DNA of 64,000 bases from an uncultured delta proteobacterium (GTDB lineage: Bacteria > Myxococcota > B64-G9). The first letter of the stretch is position 1. Every line of letters begins with the position of its first letter. Positions 27,719 through 37,569 of this stretch are shown one piece after another. Location of the stretch: the NCBI GenBank assembly GCA_963754925.1, contig CAVWHX010000011.1, positions 1 through 64,000 on the forward strand, given 5' to 3'. A program made the position numbers and the translations under genes. Below the pieces are notes generated by a model, which worked only from the letters and a program-made list of their open reading frames with translations, had not been told where the DNA came from and searched no databases.

Positions 27719-30700
27719 ATGAAGAAGTCCGAATTTGATCGGTACCACACGCTGATGCCCCATCGGGTGCGTGAGATATTGCTGGTTTCGTCGCACTACG
27801 ATGCCTTTATCTTACAGGAAGACGGCCACCTGACCGAACAGATCCTTCTGGAGTATAAAGAGCTCAGCCTTTCATCGTCGCCGCAGGTCACCCACGCGGC
27901 GCATCCCGCCGAAGCTTTGCGCATGTTGCAGGCCTCCCGTTACGACTTAGTGCTGTTGGTCGTACGGGTCGCCAATGCCTCCCTGGTCGACTTCGCTAAA
28001 AAGGTAAAGGAACTGATGCCCAACCAGCCAGTGGTCGTCCTCGGGTTCGATGCACAGGAAACCAACCGCCTGCGCTTCCTCTGCACTCGTGAGACCATCG
28101 ATGCTTTTTTCCTCTGGACCGGCAACGCGACCATCCTCCTGGCCATTATCAAGCACATCGAAGACCGCTTGAACCTCGACAACAATATCGCCGTGGCGGG
28201 AGTGCAGGCGATCCTGGTGGTTGAGGATTCGCTGCGTTACATCTCGGTTTTTTTAGCCGAAGCATATCCCCAGATCATGAAGCAGTCGCAGGCACTGTAT
28301 GAAGAAGGGCTCAATCGCCTGCAGAAGCTCTTTTGGATGCGCACCCGTCCCAAGATAATTCACGCCACTTCATACGAAGAGGCCCTGGCGTTTTTTAATC
28401 GCTATCACGAGCACTTGCTCGCCGTAATCACCGATGTCGGGTTCCCACGACAGGGCGAGCTCGATCGCCAGGCCGGGTTTCGCCTGGTGGCAGAGATTCG
28501 CACGAGAGCGCCCGATCTGCCGGTGTTGATTCAATCGGCCGACGAGGAGAATGCCCTACCGGCCGCTCGGCTCGACACCTTTTTTGTCAACAAGAACTCC
28601 CCGGAGTTGGTCAAACAGATTCGAAATTTTTTTCGAGATTACCTCGGATTCGGCCCTTTCATTTTTCGCTTGCCCAACGGCGATGAAGTCGCCCGCGCGT
28701 CGGATTTACGCGAGTTGGCCGAATGTATCCGCACGGTCCCCGACGCCTCCATCGAATACCACGCCCGTCACAACCATTTCTCAACCTGGCTTCTTGCCCG
28801 CAGCGAATATGAACTCGCCACCAAGCTCCACCCCAAGCGGGTCGGCGACTTTTCGACCATCGCCGAGGTGCGTCAGTTTTTACTCGCCGAGATCCAGATC
28901 GTTCGTCGCATTGTTCGTGCCGGGGTGGTGAGCGATTTCTCGAGCCAGCCCTTTGATCCCGATAGCCGATTCCAACGCCTCGGCCAAGGATCGCTGGGCG
29001 GCAAGGCGCGCGGGATAGCCTTTCTCAACAACGTGCTGGCGCTCCATACGGATGACGAAAAACTTGAAGGTCTGCAGGTTAGCATCCCTCAGACCTTTGT
29101 CGTGACCACCGCGTTCTTCGACCAGTTCATCAGGGACAACCGGTTGTATCGCCTTGACACGCAACCGCTCTCCGACGAACACATCGCAAGGATTTTCCTC
29201 GCAGCGCACCTTCCGGAAACACTGAAAACCTATCTTCGAATAATCCTCACGCATTTGCGCGATCCGCTTGCCGTCCGCTCCTCCAGCCTGCTTGAGGACG
29301 ACCTGTTGCACCCCATGGCCGGGATCTACAGCACCCTGATGATTCCCAACAACGATCCCGACCCGGAACGGCGGCTGTTACACCTTACCCAGGCCATTCA
29401 ATACATTTACGCCTCGACCTTCTTCGGCAACGCGCGGGCCTACCTCGAAAATATCGGCTCCCGCAGCGAGGATGAAAAGATGGCGGTGGTGATTCAGGGG
29501 GTGGTCGGGAGGCGGTACGGCCGGCGCTTTTATCCAACCTTTGCTGGCGTGGCCCATTCATATAACTTTTATCCCCTCGGACCGCAACGCGCCACCGACG
29601 GGGTGGCTCAGCTGGTTCTCGGGCTGGGCCGCATGGTCATGGAAGGCGGGACCAGCGTGCGTTTTTGTCCGCGCTATCCGGGCGTGATGCCGCAGTTCGC
29701 CAATCCGCAGCTGGTGCTGTCCAACTCACAGAAGGCGTTCTACTCCCTTGATCTCGCCCGTGTGCCCCCGACCGATGGCACCCTTGCGTTGGATGACGAG
29801 GTCCTCTTCGATCTCGCGGCCGCGCTCCAGGACGGCACCATTCGTTTGGTCGGCAGTGTTTTTGACGCCTTGAACCAAACCATAACCGAAGGTTTTGGGG
29901 CGCGCGGGCCGTGGGTGGTCACGTTCAACAATATTCTCAAACACCAGGTTATTCCGCTCTCGCCCGCCCTCAGCGCCCTGCTCGATCTCACCACCGAGGC
30001 TATGGGAACGCCGGTGGAACTCGAATTCGCCGGCGATATGAGCACCTATGAACAAGCGCTGACCGTTGGCGACCCGCAACGATCCCCGACGCTCTACCTG
30101 TTGCAGGTGCGACCGATCCTGACGAGCAAGGCCATTGAAGACGAACCGCCGGTGGTTGAGGCATCCTCGATCATCTGCCGTTCGCTGCGCGCCCTCGGCC
30201 ATGGGCGGCATGATCAGTTGTACGATCTGATCTATGTCAAAAACCAGTCGTTTGATGCGGCACATTCAGCGTTGATTGCAAGCGAGCTGGGGGCGCTCAA
30301 TCAGCAGCTTACTGCCGAAGGGCGTTCCTCGGTCCTGATCGGACCTGGCCGGTGGGGGTCTTCGGACCATTGGCTGGGCATTCCGGTGCAGTGGTCACAA
30401 ATTTCGAAAGCGAAAATCATTGTTGAAGCACCGCCCGCCGGCTCGCATATCGAGCCCTCCCAGGGAACACACTTTTTCCACAACATCACATCCCTGCGTC
30501 TTGGCTACCTCACCATTTCCCCCGGCGCCGTCCGTACCGATAATCCGGAATCTGAATACGTTGATTGGGAATGGCTCGATGCGCAGCCGGCTCTTCACGA
30601 AACACAGTACCTGCGGCACGTTCGGTTTACGGAATCATTGATCGCGTATCTGGACGGACGCACACGGCTCGGTGTTATCGCCAAACCACGCGCAGGATGA
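27719..30700 (+). CDS. Receiver-like domains fused to a PEP-synthase/PPDK N-terminal (ATP-grasp) domain
   Basis: GGKARG, AVRSSSLLED, AGIY, GLG, LLQVRP, GPGRWGS, PSQGTHFF. Confidence 0.8.
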   Translation: MKKSEFDRYHTLMPHRVREILLVSSHYDAFILQEDGHLTEQILLEYKELSLSSSPQVTHAAHPAEALRMLQASRYDLVLLVVRVANASLVDFAKKVKELMPNQPVVVLGFDAQETNRLRFLCTRETIDAFFLWTGNATILLAIIKHIEDRLNLDNNIAVAGVQAILVVEDSLRYISVFLAEAYPQIMKQSQALYEEGLNRLQKLFWMRTRPKIIHATSYEEALAFFNRYHEHLLAVITDVGFPRQGELDRQAGFRLVAEIRTRAPDLPVLIQSADEENALPAARLDTFFVNKNSPELVKQIRNFFRDYLGFGPFIFRLPNGDEVARASDLRELAECIRTVPDASIEYHARHNHFSTWLLARSEYELATKLHPKRVGDFSTIAEVRQFLLAEIQIVRRIVRAGVVSDFSSQPFDPDSRFQRLGQGSLGGKARGIAFLNNVLALHTDDEKLEGLQVSIPQTFVVTTAFFDQFIRDNRLYRLDTQPLSDEHIARIFLAAHLPETLKTYLRIILTHLRDPLAVRSSSLLEDDLLHPMAGIYSTLMIPNNDPDPERRLLHLTQAIQYIYASTFFGNARAYLENIGSRSEDEKMAVVIQGVVGRRYGRRFYPTFAGVAHSYNFYPLGPQRATDGVAQLVLGLGRMVMEGGTSVRFCPRYPGVMPQFANPQLVLSNSQKAFYSLDLARVPPTDGTLALDDEVLFDLAAALQDGTIRLVGSVFDALNQTITEGFGARGPWVVTFNNILKHQVIPLSPALSALLDLTTEAMGTPVELEFAGDMSTYEQALTVGDPQRSPTLYLLQVRPILTSKAIEDEPPVVEASSIICRSLRALGHGRHDQLYDLIYVKNQSFDAAHSALIASELGALNQQLTAEGRSSVLIGPGRWGSSDHWLGIPVQWSQISKAKIIVEAPPAGSHIEPSQGTHFFHNITSLRLGYLTISPGAVRTDNPESEYVDWEWLDAQPALHETQYLRHVRFTESLIAYLDGRTRLGVIAKPRAG

Positions 30701-30720
30701 CAACGCGCCATCTCTCGAGG

Positions 30721-31572
30721 TTACGGACAGCCCATGGCGATTCGGGCCCACGTCACCGCTTGAGCAGTGCTTCGACACGTTCCTTGTGTTGCCGAGCTCA
30801 TCGCGCCGCATGCAGACGTATTGCCGAGCCGGAACAATGCCCAGACAGCGGCTGATTGCACCCGGCAATCAGTATCATCCTGCAGCACTTGTAAGAGATT
30901 GCCGACTGCCGCGACAAACTGTTGCCGGCCAATCGCCCACACTGCTTGTACCCTCACAAAAGCATCCGTATCATCAAGGGCGGTGAGTAAAACCGAAAGA
31001 GACGAATCCGGAACCGAACCCAGCGCCTCGGCGGCGGTCTGGCGAACGCGGGGATCGACATCGGATGTCAACGCAGTGCCGAGCGCGCTCGCCGAACCCG
31101 TCCGATACAGCGCGCCCAATGCCTGGGCGGCGGCAGCGCGCACCTCGGAAGCGGGATCGTTCGCCAACGTCGCGCGTAACGGCGCAGCCGAAGCGTCCGT
31201 CCGCAACTCCCCCAAGGCAATCGCGCTCGATATTCTTTGGGCATCGGTGCTTGCAGCGTTTGCGAGGACAGCGGCGACGGCGGAGACTGCATCGCCGTTG
31301 CGATCCATGCGTCGCAGCAGCCAGGCCGCCGTTCGGACAACCAGCGGTTCAGCATCACTCAGCAACGGGACGACCCGATCATACGCTTGCGGCGGACGGT
31401 ACCGTTCGAGCTGCTCCAGCGCTGCAACGAGGTCGCCTGCTCCGTAGCGGGCCGGATCCAGTTTCAACAAGGGATCGCCTTCGGTAACGGTTTGTGAATA
31501 CGCTCTCAATGAAAGAAGGGCAAGCCCAACGGCAACCGCATAGACAACCATGGTAGCCAGGCGTGTTCTCAT
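30721..31572 (-). CDS. Exported HEAT-repeat protein
   Basis: Signal peptide; VRAAAAQALG-type repeats; ATGA overlap with the upstream gene. Confidence 0.8.
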   Translation of the reverse strand: MRTRLATMVVYAVAVGLALLSLRAYSQTVTEGDPLLKLDPARYGAGDLVAALEQLERYRPPQAYDRVVPLLSDAEPLVVRTAAWLLRRMDRNGDAVSAVAAVLANAASTDAQRISSAIALGELRTDASAAPLRATLANDPASEVRAAAAQALGALYRTGSASALGTALTSDVDPRVRQTAAEALGSVPDSSLSVLLTALDDTDAFVRVQAVWAIGRQQFVAAVGNLLQVLQDDTDCRVQSAAVWALFRLGNTSACGAMSSATQGTCRSTAQAVTWARIAMGCP

Positions 31573-33614
31573 GGCGTCGATCCCCTTCCATAAAACGGCG
31601 CGCCGGCATCGATCCATTGTATGATCACGTACGTATCATCCTTTGAAAGTATCCCTTTATGTTGGCTGTCCCCTGCTGCCCAGGATGCTGGGTCAGGAAA
31701 CCCATCACAGTCAAACTGACAAGGTGCACTGAGCCGCTCGACCAGCGAGCTGTCGCGCGCACTACCCGGTTCGACATACGCCCAACGTGATTGGAGCACC
31801 GCGCCGGAACTGTCACGCAGCACGTCGTAAAACAATAGGTTCTGATATGCCACGCTCGTCTGACCCGACGGTTGATCGCTTAAATTGACTCCGTGCAACT
31901 GCAAATTGAGATCTACATAGTCGCCGGCCGGGTTGGTGGCGTTATGGCAACTGACGCAGGAGGTGTCCAAAATCGGTTGGATATCGCGTCTGAAGTCAAA
32001 CGATTTACGAATAGTAGCCGGGCCGCCCAAAGAAAAAGGCGATTGCGTCGCCGCTTGGCTCGTATCGAAGCCCACCGGATCACCCAGGTTGGCGTGGCAT
32101 CCATCGCAGCTGCGGCTGCCGCAGGGCGGCCCGCCCCGCCATACCGGATCGGTCGCCATTGCCGCGCCATAGGCATCAAGCAGTTGGATCCGCAAAGGTA
32201 CGGAAGCCGGCGCCGAAAACCGAAACGAACCGTCTGAAAGAACCGGGGCCTCGAAAGCTTCGGATGTTCCGTTGCCATCGTTATCGCCGCCGCAAATCGC
32301 TCCCACTTCACCGCCGAAGAGATCCATCGCCCAGGGGGCAAGCGCTCCCGAAAGTCCTTCCAGCACCCGCAGTCGCACGGCGCCGTCGGCAAGCTGTTGC
32401 GTCTCGATTATTCCCTCAAACACCACGGTATCTTGCTGACAGCCGATTTCAGGTCTCTGCGGCAATACAACATTTGGATCGAGCAGGGAGCGAGGCATGA
32501 GCGGGCGCGGCGACACATCGGACAGCTTCAGGATATTCTCGAGCAGCGATCGTTCGGAAGTGCGCGGATCGAGACTAGCCAACGCGAAGTCCGGCACCAG
32601 ATCACGCAATTCATCACTGGCGTCCAGGCAGCCTCCCTGGGTGTGCGCGTATGAGATAAGGAAACTGCCGTCAGCCAGCGGCACCTCATCCTGCAACCGA
32701 CCCGCCGGCGAACAACCGTTCGACAGAGGAATGTCCGCAACCATGCTCTGCCATTGCTCATCATCCTGACCTTGACAGAGCGTGCCCGCCCCCCACGTGC
32801 TGTTTGACGGCACACAGACGGCGAACTGCCGCCCCTGTTGATCCTCGTTAACCGCCAACGGAATGCCATCCTCATTGGCGGGCGGTCCTGCGACACGCTC
32901 CGTCTGCGCGCCAGTCGGATCAACCAGCATCGGCAAGAAAACCGTCTGACCTTGGATCAACGCGAAGCGTACCACGCGCACCCATCCCGAACGCAGGCCG
33001 CTTGCTCCCAGGGCATGTCCGGTGCCGTAATCGATCCGCTCGATCGCTGAACCATCGGCGTCCACCGCCATCAGTATTCGCGCCCGATCCCTTCCGAGGA
33101 AATCCACTGGGCCGTCAGGATCGGTGCGGAGAAAAGCCGTCCGTCCGTCCTGCAGATAGAATGGCTGGGTATCGTTGGCCGGGCCGAACGTCAATTGTTG
33201 GCACGCCGGACCGATATCGCCCGATGATGAAAAGCATGATTGCGACGTGGTCGCTTTTTCTAGATCAATCTCCACCAGATGAAAGCTATCCCCCTGATCG
33301 GTCCGGAGAGCGGCGATGAGGTTCTTTCCATCCGGCGAGAGATCGATCCCCTGTACATCGCCGGCTGACATCTTGGTTAAATTAGTGAGGGCGCCGCCGG
33401 GGCTGGCCGGCGACAGCAACCAGACGTTGCCGCCCGGACGAAATTCATCCCTAGCGACGAGACTGCCTGAATTGGAGGGCGCGGCCCGGGTAACAAACAC
33501 TACGACCGAAAAACCGGTCTGGGCACCGAGCCCGGGGGTAAGGCCCTCGTTGCAACCCAGCGGCATAATACCCACGGCCACGACGAAAACGACAAGTGAT
33601 CGCATGCAAGTCAT
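31569..33614 (-). CDS. HzsA-related lipoprotein (propeller-like N-terminus, hydrazine synthase alpha middle-like domain, 2 CxxCH)
   Basis: Lipobox PLGC; DGSFRFSAPA.VP...QLLD..G; CDGCH; FRRDIQPILD.SCVSCH; WIDAGAP. Confidence 0.7.
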   Translation of the reverse strand: MTCMRSLVVFVVAVGIMPLGCNEGLTPGLGAQTGFSVVVFVTRAAPSNSGSLVARDEFRPGGNVWLLSPASPGGALTNLTKMSAGDVQGIDLSPDGKNLIAALRTDQGDSFHLVEIDLEKATTSQSCFSSSGDIGPACQQLTFGPANDTQPFYLQDGRTAFLRTDPDGPVDFLGRDRARILMAVDADGSAIERIDYGTGHALGASGLRSGWVRVVRFALIQGQTVFLPMLVDPTGAQTERVAGPPANEDGIPLAVNEDQQGRQFAVCVPSNSTWGAGTLCQGQDDEQWQSMVADIPLSNGCSPAGRLQDEVPLADGSFLISYAHTQGGCLDASDELRDLVPDFALASLDPRTSERSLLENILKLSDVSPRPLMPRSLLDPNVVLPQRPEIGCQQDTVVFEGIIETQQLADGAVRLRVLEGLSGALAPWAMDLFGGEVGAICGGDNDGNGTSEAFEAPVLSDGSFRFSAPASVPLRIQLLDAYGAAMATDPVWRGGPPCGSRSCDGCHANLGDPVGFDTSQAATQSPFSLGGPATIRKSFDFRRDIQPILDTSCVSCHNATNPAGDYVDLNLQLHGVNLSDQPSGQTSVAYQNLLFYDVLRDSSGAVLQSRWAYVEPGSARDSSLVERLSAPCQFDCDGFPDPASWAAGDSQHKGILSKDDTYVIIQWIDAGAPFYGRGSTP

Positions 33615-33673
33615 ATACCCATTCAGTCAACGGTAGGCGCTGGGTCCGAACAACGTTATATATCAGTCTAACA

Positions 33674-33736
33674 GTCATTCCCGCGCAGGCGGGAATCTAA
33701 AAGCGAATGCTGGATCCCCGCCTTCGCGGGGATGAC
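33674..33736. repeat. REP/dRS3-like inverted doublet
   Basis: GTCATTCCCGCGCAGGCGGGAAT ... ATCCCCGCCTTCGCGGGGATGAC. Confidence 0.8.
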
Positions 33737-33779
33737 AAAAAAGTAAAAAACTTTGCAGTCACCTTAGATATTCTCATCT

Positions 33780-35471
33780 TCACTCCGGGGTTCTAACAGC
33801 TTCGGTCGGCACATAGCGCTCCTCGATTACAGGAACGATGATTTTTTCGGCCTTGATGTACCGAGCAACAATGTCCCGGATCAGGACGTGGGTGTTGTGT
33901 ACTTGAGTTTCCGCGGGCGGGTTCAGGTACCCGTCTCCGCCCGCCACCACAAAATCGTTGGTCGCTACCAAATAGCTGCGGCTTTGTTCCATTTCCTTGC
34001 CGTCGTCGAACGACACTCCTACCACCCGCTCTCCCGGGGGCATTGATGGGTCAAACCGCACATGCACCCCTGAAAGTTCCATAATACCATAAACGTTGCT
34101 CAGTCCGTGCTCCAAAATCTTCCGAACCTGCGAACCGGTTAACGTCAGTGTTACCAAGGTATTATCAAAAGGCAACACCTCGTACAGCTTTCCCGCATCG
34201 ATAGTTCCCTTGGGAATTGGTGCGCGCAGCCCTCCCCCGTTATACAGGGCTACGTCGATGTCCCCCGTATACGCACGCATCGCATCGGTCACCAGGCGGC
34301 CGACCGGAGAATCCAACCGGCTCCTATGCTCGATCCGGTCCGCTGCCCGACCCAGATACACATGTTCTTGCTTCGCAACTGAAGCGCGAAGCGCTTGAAG
34401 CTTTTTCGCCAGGCGCCGGTCGGGTCGAACCTCCGATCCCAGAAAGATCGTGTATGCGCCCGAGCGGCTTTTCCGAATGAAGGGATAATAACTCATGAGC
34501 TGTGTTTGTTCGGAGTGAACCGTGCCGCTCAGGCTGTCAATCACGAGGGAAGCTTCCGCAAAACCAACGCCATAGGGCGCCGATTGAATTACCGGTATAC
34601 CGTTGATCGTTCCGGAGAGCGCCTTATGGGAGTGCCCGGACACGATAAGGTCAATCTCGCCAGGCCGCAAACGCCGAGCCAGCTCGGCAACCGGCCCGCT
34701 CAATTCAGATGAACCAGGTTTTTCAAAAAGCCCTTCATGTATCAGAACAATAACGACCCGCGCTCCTTGGGATCGAACCTCCGGCAGGAGTCGGCGCAGC
34801 GTTTCCTCCAGTGGCGCGAAATCGAGCGCGCGTACGTTGATCGGGTTGGTGATGAGCGCGGTTGTTTCGGACGTCAGGCCGATAACCGCAATGGCAATTC
34901 CTTTACGTTTGATGATGGTATACGGCTTTAGGTTACCCCACGGCGGCGGCTTTCCGGTTTGGCGCTCGATAATATTGGCCCCCAGAACGGGAAAATGTGC
35001 CTGTTGTATACGCGCCTTTAGAGCTCCCAGCGGATCATCCTCAGGGTTCACCGGCGTACTGTTGGGGCCAACCGGTCCGAAATCGAACTCGTGGTTGCCC
35101 ACAACCATCGCGTCGTACCCAACATCGTTATAGAAATCGATCGCGGCCTGCCCTTCGGACGCGGCCGAGATTAAACTTCCCTGGTACACGTCGCCAGCGT
35201 CGAGCAGAACCACGCCATCAACATGGACCTTTCGTAGAATTTCAAAATATGAGGCGATGACATCGATTCCCCCGACAGCGACCCCTTCCACCAATCGCGG
35301 TTCCAAGGCGCCATGAAAGTCAGCCGTGCTAATGATGTGCAGCGTGACGGGGGCGGCCTGGTCCGCCTGTGGGCCGGCCAGCGCTACCGAGATGATGAGG
35401 AACAGGAAGCTCCCCGCTACACCTATGGCGGTCTTTCTCACCTTCCCCCTCACAGCAAGAAACGAACTCAT
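33780..35471 (-). CDS. Bifunctional UDP-sugar hydrolase/5'-nucleotidase family protein
   Basis: ADFHG, LDAGD, GNHEFD, SGHSH, NGGGLR; start ATG 35471 overlaps the ilvE stop. Confidence 0.9.
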   Translation of the reverse strand: MSSFLAVRGKVRKTAIGVAGSFLFLIISVALAGPQADQAAPVTLHIISTADFHGALEPRLVEGVAVGGIDVIASYFEILRKVHVDGVVLLDAGDVYQGSLISAASEGQAAIDFYNDVGYDAMVVGNHEFDFGPVGPNSTPVNPEDDPLGALKARIQQAHFPVLGANIIERQTGKPPPWGNLKPYTIIKRKGIAIAVIGLTSETTALITNPINVRALDFAPLEETLRRLLPEVRSQGARVVIVLIHEGLFEKPGSSELSGPVAELARRLRPGEIDLIVSGHSHKALSGTINGIPVIQSAPYGVGFAEASLVIDSLSGTVHSEQTQLMSYYPFIRKSRSGAYTIFLGSEVRPDRRLAKKLQALRASVAKQEHVYLGRAADRIEHRSRLDSPVGRLVTDAMRAYTGDIDVALYNGGGLRAPIPKGTIDAGKLYEVLPFDNTLVTLTLTGSQVRKILEHGLSNVYGIMELSGVHVRFDPSMPPGERVVGVSFDDGKEMEQSRSYLVATNDFVVAGGDGYLNPPAETQVHNTHVLIRDIVARYIKAEKIIVPVIEERYVPTEAVRTPE

Positions 35472-36547
35472 TGATCGATACGCTCGACCCACCCAAAGGG
35501 ATCGGGCTCGTTGCCATACTGCAGCGCGAGAATGAAATCGTACAGCTTGTGGGCGAGCGGTCCGATGGCACCGTCGGCAACTTGGTAATCGACGCCCCGA
35601 TAATGAATGCACTTGACCGGAGAAATTATCGCGGCGGTACCGCTGCCAAATACTTCTCGCAGCATGCCGGATTTCTGGGCTTCTATCACTTCATCGATGG
35701 TGAATCGACGTTCGCTGACCTTCATTCCCCAATGGTTGAGAATGTGAATAATCGAATCGCGGGTGAGGCCGTGCAGGACGCTGCCGTCCAACGGGCTGGT
35801 GACAACCTCGTCGCCAAATTTGAAAAAAATATTCATGGTGCCGACTTCCTCGACGTACCTGCGTTCACCGGCGTCAAGCCACAGCACCTGGGTGTACCCT
35901 TTCTTTTTTGCCTCGACCTGACCGAGCAGCGAGGCGGCGTAGTTGCCGCCGGTTTTGGCTTCACCCACGCCGCCTCGGGCGGCGCGCACATACTCGTCGG
36001 AAACATAAATCGACACCGGATTGAAGCCTTCCGGGTAATAGGCGCCGGCCGGACCGACAATAATGTAAAAAAGGTACTTTTCGGATGGCCGTACCCCGAG
36101 AAGGGGATCGATCCCGATCATCGTGGGACGAATATAGAGAGAGCAGCCCGGGCTTTTGGGGATCCAATCGCGATCGAGGAGAACAAGCTGCTTGAGGGCT
36201 TTCGAGACGAAGTCGATATCAATCTCCGGCATAACCATTCTGACGCACGAGCGATTCATGCGTTTGAAATTGTCCTTGTGCCGGAACAGATAGATGCCGT
36301 CATCGTTACCGCGGTATGCCTTGAGACCTTCGAATACTTCCTGGCTGTAGTGAAGCACGATCGCAGCCGGATCGAGCGACAACGCATGATACGGTTCGAT
36401 ACGCGGATGGTGCCATCCTTGGTCCGGAGCGTATTCCATTAAGAACATATGATCGCTAAACGCACGTCCGAAGCCTATTTTGGAAACATCGGCCGGGATG
36501 GGCTTTTTTTGGGATGGGCCCGCCTTTCTTATCTCAATGTTCATCAA
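35468..36547 (-). CDS. ilvE: Branched-chain amino acid aminotransferase
   Basis: FEGLKAY, LYIRP, AKTGGNYA, EEVGTMN, GTAA. Confidence 0.95.
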   Translation of the reverse strand: MMNIEIRKAGPSQKKPIPADVSKIGFGRAFSDHMFLMEYAPDQGWHHPRIEPYHALSLDPAAIVLHYSQEVFEGLKAYRGNDDGIYLFRHKDNFKRMNRSCVRMVMPEIDIDFVSKALKQLVLLDRDWIPKSPGCSLYIRPTMIGIDPLLGVRPSEKYLFYIIVGPAGAYYPEGFNPVSIYVSDEYVRAARGGVGEAKTGGNYAASLLGQVEAKKKGYTQVLWLDAGERRYVEEVGTMNIFFKFGDEVVTSPLDGSVLHGLTRDSIIHILNHWGMKVSERRFTIDEVIEAQKSGMLREVFGSGTAAIISPVKCIHYRGVDYQVADGAIGPLAHKLYDFILALQYGNEPDPFGWVERIDQ

Positions 36548-36736
36548 CCATTCTCCTTATCCGAATAACCGACCAAACGAGTCGATAGAATTAATATGCC
36601 TTAGCTACGACCGATTAAACAATTTTTTTCTTTTTGCGTTTCCGGCATCACCCGCCAATTTAACCACTTGACAGACAACGGCATTCAGAATAACACATTT
36701 TTCGATTTTGTAATAACCAACCTGGTGAGGTTTGAT

Positions 36737-37420
36737 ATGTGGCGAATGACGATCGTATTCTGGTTGGCGTTAGGCTCGTTTCCCGCCCTGGCCCACGATT
36801 TATGGATCGAGAAGGACGGCTCGGCATACGTACTTCGCTATGGCCACCGCGGCGGCGCGGCATTACCGATCGATGCCGCCAAGCTCGAGCAGATCCTATG
36901 CATCGACGCTCATGGTCAAAAAACGGACCTACGCTCACAAGCGGTTATTGACCAAAACACCGTCCGGTTTCAAGGAGCGTGTAATTGTGTGTCTGTTTTT
37001 TATCACTTCGGATTCTATTCGTTTACCCCGGATGGCGAGAAAAACGTGCCAAAAAATAAGGTCAAAGATGCCGTCAAATCCTGGGAATCGAGGGATTTCG
37101 TAAAGTTCTTGGACACGGGCACGTGCGAAACAGCGTTTGGCGACGAATTGGAGATAGTCCTCGGCTCGGATATTCACTCGGTCCGCGTTGGCGACAAAAT
37201 CACGGTTCGGGTTCTCTACCGGGGAGCGCCCGCGGCAGCAGCGACCATCGCGTACCACGATCATACCCTCGGCGTCACCAATTCCCAGGGCGAAGCTCGG
37301 GTCCGGCTAAGGCAGGGAGGAATGCAGTTTATTCGAGCAAGCATGAAGCAACCCCTCAACTCGCCCGAGGCCGATAGCGTGGTGCTCTCCGCGGGGCTTC
37401 TGTTTGAGGTCGGCCAATGA
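36737..37420 (+). CDS. DUF4198 (NikK/CbiK-like) periplasmic protein
   Basis: Signal peptide then AHDLWIE...YGH; LEIV; GDKITVRVLY.G.P. Confidence 0.75.
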   Translation: MWRMTIVFWLALGSFPALAHDLWIEKDGSAYVLRYGHRGGAALPIDAAKLEQILCIDAHGQKTDLRSQAVIDQNTVRFQGACNCVSVFYHFGFYSFTPDGEKNVPKNKVKDAVKSWESRDFVKFLDTGTCETAFGDELEIVLGSDIHSVRVGDKITVRVLYRGAPAAAATIAYHDHTLGVTNSQGEARVRLRQGGMQFIRASMKQPLNSPEADSVVLSAGLLFEVGQ

Positions 37421-37569
37421 GTTGGGTCGAGGTCGGTCACGCGACCACCATCGCCGCAGGTTGCCGTTCAAACGTACTCACCTGGCTTAAACCGGTCATC
37501 GGCCTCTTGTTGATCGCCGTCATTTTCTCCGGCCTCTATCGGGTCGCCATGAAACGAAAGAAGAAATGA
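37417..37569 (+). CDS. Small single-TM protein, 50 aa
   Basis: ATGA overlaps at both ends; TM VIGLLLIAVIFSGLY followed by a basic tail. Confidence 0.6.
   Translation: MSWVEVGHATTIAAGCRSNVLTWLKPVIGLLLIAVIFSGLYRVAMKRKKK

Noticed and set aside
31569..33614. Evidence for anammox metabolism
   Set aside because: No hzsB/hzsC neighbours; HzsA-like domains are widespread outside anammox bacteria
35471..36442. 323-aa ORF antisense to ilvE (similar shadows over gdhA, acyl-CoA dehydrogenase, cheA, phoH)
   Set aside because: Expected from GC codon bias on the coding strand; no RBS or domain signatures
36668..36736. NikR operator or cobalamin riboswitch before DUF4198
   Set aside because: Only a half site (TAACAC); no B12-box
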